The position numbers and the translations under genes were made by a program. Below are positions 59,252-64,000 of a stretch of 64,000 nt of DNA, piece after piece; position 1 is the stretch's first letter; each line of letters begins with the position of its first letter. This stretch comes from Nitrosopumilus sp. (GTDB taxonomy: Archaea > Thermoproteota > Nitrososphaeria > Nitrososphaerales > Nitrosopumilaceae): contig OZ241857.1 of assembly GCA_965203315.1 (NCBI GenBank), forward strand, positions 1,184,001-1,248,000, written 5' to 3'. The notes under the pieces were generated by a model that saw nothing but the letters and a program-made list of their open reading frames with translations, did no database searches and was not told the DNA's origin.

Positions 59252-59919
59252 AGTGTGCAGTCATTGTGTTTAGTGGTGGTATCGATTCTATATGTACAGC
59301 ATCTCTCCTCAAAGAGTATGAACTGTACGGAGTATCGTTCTCGTATGGTCAACGCGCAAGCAATGAGATACTAGCTGCAAAGTCTTTTGCAGAGAGATTA
59401 TCTCTCAAAGAGCACAAGATAATAGATATTGGATTTATGAAGTCTCTATATGGCAACTCTAATGTCCTAACTAGTACAGAGAGTGATATTCCATCTAGTT
59501 TTGACTATTCGATCGTAGTTCCCATAAGAAATGCAGTCTTTCTATCGATCGCTACAGCGTGGGCGTTTACTATAGATGCAACATGTGTAGCATATGGTGC
59601 TCATACAGGTGATCAAAACTATTCTGACTGTAAACCCACATTTGCACACAAGCTGGAACAAGCATTAAACGAGGGTGAGAGAGATGGAATTCGTTTGGGT
59701 CTACGATCAGAGATTGATATCTGGTCTCCATATATGGATGGTTTATCAAAGAGTGATCTACTCCAAGTTGGGATTAAAGAGTTTGGAGATATGATATTCG
59801 AATCATGGAGTTGTTATGCAAACAAGCGATATCATTGTGGTACATGTGAATCATGCAATAATAGAAAGATTGCATTTGTAGAGGCAGGTATTCAAGACAA
59901 GACTAGATACATGTCCTAG
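59248..59919 (+). CDS. queC: 7-cyano-7-deazaguanine synthase
   Basis: SGGIDS, VPIRN and SCY....HCGTCESC. Confidence 0.93.
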   Translation: MKCAVIVFSGGIDSICTASLLKEYELYGVSFSYGQRASNEILAAKSFAERLSLKEHKIIDIGFMKSLYGNSNVLTSTESDIPSSFDYSIVVPIRNAVFLSIATAWAFTIDATCVAYGAHTGDQNYSDCKPTFAHKLEQALNEGERDGIRLGLRSEIDIWSPYMDGLSKSDLLQVGIKEFGDMIFESWSCYANKRYHCGTCESCNNRKIAFVEAGIQDKTRYMS

Positions 59920-60167
59920 TAGCGATTCTCCATTATCTTTCTTTTAAAGACGAATCCACGAATTCCAATATACCAAATTAGAAAGATTATACCAACTATG
60001 CCCATGAATGTATAGTTTTGAATATCTGGCGCCATCTCTGTAAAAGAGTTTGTCACCTCACGTGATATCAACATCGATACCGCTAAAAGTATACCAAACT
60101 CGATCGCATACCATGTCCAGCTAGGCCATGACTCTTTTGGAACATGAACATTTGGATGTGAGCCCAT
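59916..60167 (-). CDS. Small two-TM hypothetical protein
   Basis: MGSHPNVHVPKESWP; two hydrophobic helices. Confidence 0.7.
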   Translation of the reverse strand: MGSHPNVHVPKESWPSWTWYAIEFGILLAVSMLISREVTNSFTEMAPDIQNYTFMGIVGIIFLIWYIGIRGFVFKRKIMENRY

Positions 60168-60202
60168 ATTACTGCTCAATATATTGATTATTTAATTTTT
60201 GA

Positions 60203-60757
60203 CTAGAATTGGCTGTGATGTCGTCTATGTACCAAAGTCAAGATGCTTTGCTTCTGTTTTGCGTCCTCATATATACCACGAAACGCAGATGACTCTAGAA
60301 TTGCATCGCTACGCACTCCTCGCATCTTCATACAGAGATGTTCGGCGTCGGTAAAGACTGCTACGCCTTTGACACCACAAGCATACAGCTCATCAGCTAT
60401 ATCTTTGGTCAGTCGTTCTTGTATCTGTAGGCGTTTGGAGTGTTTCTCTACCAATCTGACCAACTTTGATATCCCAAATACTCTACTGTTCGGCGCGTAT
60501 GCTATGGTGATCTTGCCAAAGAATGGCAGTATATGATGTTCACACATCGAGTAAAACTGAATGTTCCTAGCAATTACATTATCAGAATCTTCAGAGAATT
60601 GAACCTCTAGCTCCGAGTTCGAGTCATATCCAGAAAAGATCTCTGCGTACATGTCTGCTATTCGTTTTGGGGTGTCCCGAAGACCTTCGCGAGTTGGATC
60701 TTCACCGATCTCGATTATCAACTCACGTATTAATTTCTGGATTCGCACAGGATCCAT
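60203..60757 (-). CDS. folE: GTP cyclohydrolase I
   Basis: REGLRDTPKR, CEHHILPF, QIQERL and HLCMKMRG. Confidence 0.95.
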   Translation of the reverse strand: MDPVRIQKLIRELIIEIGEDPTREGLRDTPKRIADMYAEIFSGYDSNSELEVQFSEDSDNVIARNIQFYSMCEHHILPFFGKITIAYAPNSRVFGISKLVRLVEKHSKRLQIQERLTKDIADELYACGVKGVAVFTDAEHLCMKMRGVRSDAILESSAFRGIYEDAKQKQSILTLVHRRHHSQF

Positions 60758-60821
60758 CTAACAGTAAAGCCCAGAATACTATTATTTGAATCTAGAGTAG
60801 ATATATCTACAAGTGACAATA

Positions 60822-61529
60822 CTAGGGAGCACCTATCAGTTTGTGTAGCTGTGGAACAACTTTTACGTCGTTGTATTGTGGATATACTGTATCATAGATC
60901 TCTAGCAAGAGTTGTAACGATGGTTCTGATATTCCGTATGTTGGTTGGATTACAAATCCCTTGATATCGGATGGCTTTATCTTGGCAAATATACTTGATG
61001 CTATACTGCTGATCTCGCTTGGGCGAGTCTTGGAGCTTGCTACAATCTTGATAAAGGTCGTCTTTTCTGCTTGAACTGCAGCTATCAGACATTCCAAGGC
61101 TGCATCTAGGGTATGATGACTCGAGTCTACAAACTCTGAGTCACTAGTCTTGAACTCTATCTTGATCATGTCCATGAATGGCAATACATGACGAAACCGC
61201 TCTGCATCAAAACAAGAGGACTCTAGATATGTGGGCACTCTTAGACATTGTACGTGACTTGCAAGTTGAGCTACTGCTTTGTGTTGAATTAGAGGATCAC
61301 CTCCAGTAAAGTTGACCTTGTATGTGTTTGGTTGTATACTAGAGTCGATCAATTTTATAGCATCTTGTATCGAGTACTCTGTACCAGAGTCAAGAGGGAG
61401 TGACTCTTTTGTGTCGCAATAAAAACAAGAGAATGGACAACCAGCTAGTCGTACAAAGAGAGTCTTTGTTCCATAGAGTATCCCTTCACCTTCAACTGAT
61501 GTGAATATCTCAAACAGTCTTACCTTCAA
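60822..61529 (-). CDS. queE: 7-carboxy-7-deazaguanine synthase (radical SAM)
   Basis: EIFTSVEGEG, FVRLAGCPFSCFYCDT, TGGDP and PQLHK. Confidence 0.93.
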   Translation of the reverse strand: MKVRLFEIFTSVEGEGILYGTKTLFVRLAGCPFSCFYCDTKESLPLDSGTEYSIQDAIKLIDSSIQPNTYKVNFTGGDPLIQHKAVAQLASHVQCLRVPTYLESSCFDAERFRHVLPFMDMIKIEFKTSDSEFVDSSHHTLDAALECLIAAVQAEKTTFIKIVASSKTRPSEISSIASSIFAKIKPSDIKGFVIQPTYGISEPSLQLLLEIYDTVYPQYNDVKVVPQLHKLIGAP

Positions 61530-61565
61530 GCACTAGATAATTTGATGTATGATTATTTATCAGTA

Positions 61566-61760
61566 TTAGTGAAGTACAGGCTCTTTAGCATAAAAGAGTC
61601 CACAGATGAAAAAGATTACGCCCAAGACTCCGATTGTGCTGCCTACCAACTCGATCTGACTCTGATATACATCACCAAATGGTGCCCAAAGCCATGCCAT
61701 CAGAGCACCAACTACAATCATAGGAATTCCCACTCCGACTGAGAGTGATTTGGATGCCAT
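61566..61760 (-). CDS. Small two-TM hypothetical protein
   Basis: Start at MASKSLSVG. Confidence 0.65.
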   Translation of the reverse strand: MASKSLSVGVGIPMIVVGALMAWLWAPFGDVYQSQIELVGSTIGVLGVIFFICGLFYAKEPVLH

Positions 61761-61888
61761 ATATCGTGCAGTTTGTAAAATGTATATGTATTTTATGAAT
61801 GGTATATTTGGTCGGACACCATTCAAGAACGAGAATCAGATGTTTATTGAATAGTGATCCAATGTGACATGCACTTTACAATTGCACT

Positions 61889-62974
61889 CTAGCGGTACCT
61901 ATGATATTTGCTTAGGGTATCTGCTCGTATATTTTGAATCTGTTCGTCTAGATAGTTGGTCATGTATCGTGCGGTATTGTATTCGTTATTTTGTATATGA
62001 TGTTTGATCTTGTCGAGGATAACTCTCATGTTAGTAAGTTGTTCTAGACTAGTATCATTGTTTTGATTCAATCGAGATATAGTTTGTTCCAGGTGAGTAA
62101 CTCTGGCCTCTAGTCTATGTTTTTTAGACTTGTCTAGATGTTCGCTGACTAGAATGATCTTTTTGATCTCTAGTACGATCTCATCGGTGGTGTTTGCTGA
62201 TTTGATACGTTCTTTTATTATCTTGATCTCTGTAATCATGGCGTCGGATATCTGTCGACCTTTGAGATCGAGGAGGATTGAGTCGATCTCTTTGAGATAT
62301 ACATCTGCAAATGCTCTAGCTCGCTCAAACTCTTGTCCTATTGCCTGTTCATCTAGATGTGTCTTGATCTCTTGAATCGACTCGTCGATAGATTGTACTA
62401 TACCACCTAGACTCTCAATGTCATTTCTCTCTATAGCCTGAGTGCCTTGTGCGATTAGAGTATCGATGGTAGTAAAGTTAAGTTGAATGTTATGATAGTT
62501 CGACATGATCTTGAGACTTGTAACTTGGTTTTGTAGTCGATAAAACATATTCACCGTATGATCTGTGTAATATTCGGATTCGGATGTTGTTGGACTCTCT
62601 GGAGTTTGTAATTGTATATCTGGTTCGAGTTTGCTGTTTGATGCAGTAAACTGCATCTCTTCATCTAGTGTAGTGGTCTCTATTGAGATCTGTTTAAAGA
62701 TGCCCATCGCGTTGATGAAGTGTAGTTTGATAGACTCGATATCATCTGTATCGATCGCTGTCTTGAGTTGATCAACCTCTGCCCTCCCCATCTCTACAAG
62801 TTCTTTGATCTCATCGTCTGTATCAGCAGGTAGTTGACTCTTGACTTGAGTTAGTGCATCTCTTGTAATCGTTAAAAGTAGTTTGGTATCATACTGTGAT
62901 GTATTCTGTGCCAATACACTACTAGATCCGATAACTGTTGCAACAAACATTATGCATAATACAATGTATCTCAT
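61889..62974 (-). CDS. Secreted all-helical hypothetical protein
   Basis: Signal peptide; amphipathic helices; ATGA coupling. Confidence 0.75.
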   Translation of the reverse strand: MRYIVLCIMFVATVIGSSSVLAQNTSQYDTKLLLTITRDALTQVKSQLPADTDDEIKELVEMGRAEVDQLKTAIDTDDIESIKLHFINAMGIFKQISIETTTLDEEMQFTASNSKLEPDIQLQTPESPTTSESEYYTDHTVNMFYRLQNQVTSLKIMSNYHNIQLNFTTIDTLIAQGTQAIERNDIESLGGIVQSIDESIQEIKTHLDEQAIGQEFERARAFADVYLKEIDSILLDLKGRQISDAMITEIKIIKERIKSANTTDEIVLEIKKIILVSEHLDKSKKHRLEARVTHLEQTISRLNQNNDTSLEQLTNMRVILDKIKHHIQNNEYNTARYMTNYLDEQIQNIRADTLSKYHRYR

Positions 62975-63984
62975 CTGATATCCTCCTTGAGTTTCACGAG
63001 ATTTTGCATATCTCTCTTTGTTATCTCTACTATATCACGTCGCTCTAGTCGTTTGACTGCACGCCACATGGTTGTCTTTGGTTGCAGAAATCTTTTACGC
63101 AGATCACGTTCCAAGACTTGACCACCGTTATCCAAGATAAACTTGATAATTTTTTTATCGTCTTCGCGTATCTCTGGATCTGCAAGAATTAGATCTAGTC
63201 GAGATGGTGGAGTTACAGTTGGAGTCTCTGTTGTACTGTCTGTTGTACTGTCTACAAGTGTAGATGGAGTAGATTCTGTGGGTGCCGGTATTGCAGGTTT
63301 AGAGACAGTATCAAGAGCTTTGGGTTTGTGTGATAGACGTCTTAACAGATAGATAGTAACTACAGCTATACCTGCAGATATAGCTGCAATGATCACATAC
63401 ATGTACGGTATATCATCAGACTCTTCTATAGCTAGATTGATAGGTGTAGATTTGATAACATATCTTATCTCATACAGACCAGGACCAAAACCAAACTCTA
63501 GTTGATTGTTGATGGATCTTGTACTTGTAGGAAATGCATCCATGTGCTCGATTATAGTATTTGGAGGCAGTAGTAAAGTATGATTTGTGGGAGAGTCGAA
63601 CGAGAAGGTCCATGTGCGACCCTTCTTTGAGATTAGATCGTGTATATCATAGTGTATAGTAATATTGGTTGTACCGAGAGTAGTAATTGTAGCTAGATCA
63701 TCTTGTATCTCACTAGACAGTGGAGTACCATCTTTATCAATCGCAAAAAAGTTGTCGATATTGGGACCAAAGAGATCGTGTTGATGATCCGGTGATAGTG
63801 GATCGACATTGACTTCAGTCCGCACATTAGCTACACCATCATCATAGACTACAATATCAAGTGATCTAACAGTTGCTAACGATGGTTGAACATAAAAAGT
63901 CAAGGCCGCAATCAGTATACTAGTGACTAACAATGATGCTCTAACCATTGCGTTATGGATATTTCCACGCCTTACAAAAAGCAT
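62971..63984 (-). CDS. Membrane-anchored protein with an extracellular domain and a C-terminal winged HTH (COG2512-like)
   Basis: Signal peptide; TM; GGQVLERDLR..PKTTMWRAVKRLER; true start probably downstream of the ORF-track start. Confidence 0.8.
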   Translation of the reverse strand: MLFVRRGNIHNAMVRASLLVTSILIAALTFYVQPSLATVRSLDIVVYDDGVANVRTEVNVDPLSPDHQHDLFGPNIDNFFAIDKDGTPLSSEIQDDLATITTLGTTNITIHYDIHDLISKKGRTWTFSFDSPTNHTLLLPPNTIIEHMDAFPTSTRSINNQLEFGFGPGLYEIRYVIKSTPINLAIEESDDIPYMYVIIAAISAGIAVVTIYLLRRLSHKPKALDTVSKPAIPAPTESTPSTLVDSTTDSTTETPTVTPPSRLDLILADPEIREDDKKIIKFILDNGGQVLERDLRKRFLQPKTTMWRAVKRLERRDIVEITKRDMQNLVKLKEDIR

Positions 63985-64000
63985 TCCATCGTCTATGGAT

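Noticed and set aside
59248-61529. queC/folE/queE as a DNA 7-deazaguanine modification (dpd) island
   Set aside because: No dpdA-like gene is nearby and the context is housekeeping; preQ0 supply for archaeosine explains it.

Overview
This is an AT-rich archaeal chromosome segment. Gene content and order point to an ammonia-oxidising thaumarchaeon (Nitrosopumilaceae): pyrB/pyrI, a split A-type ATP synthase cluster (K-D-B-A-E / I / C) around amt, a PEFG-CTERM protein, pyrH-HD-tmk, thrB-queC-folE-queE and a GPN GTPase. The many IS remnants, MITEs, pseudogenes and large secreted proteins suggest a host-associated lineage such as a sponge symbiont (inference). Four things stand out. (1) A non-coding array at 24086-24560 has five ~90-bp modules, each made of 5-8 helically phased copies of a module-specific motif around an invariant TAGGCA core, followed by a ~150-nt hairpin that also carries the core. 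(2) Two paralogous islands (~7.2-11.7 kb and ~21.9-24.8 kb) pair trains of tiny membrane/Zn-finger ORFs with convergent secreted head-plus-coiled-coil proteins; one of these genes has a G12 tract between its TATA box and start codon. (3) An intact IS110/IS1111 element is inserted exactly within the terminal inverted repeat of an IS66, and its 3' non-coding region contains matches to both target and donor sites (candidate bridge RNA). (4) There are several MITE families, an IS630 shell carrying a toxin-antitoxin pair, and a candidate small structured RNA. No rRNA, tRNA or CRISPR array was recognised. All assignments are by eye; no database searches were run.
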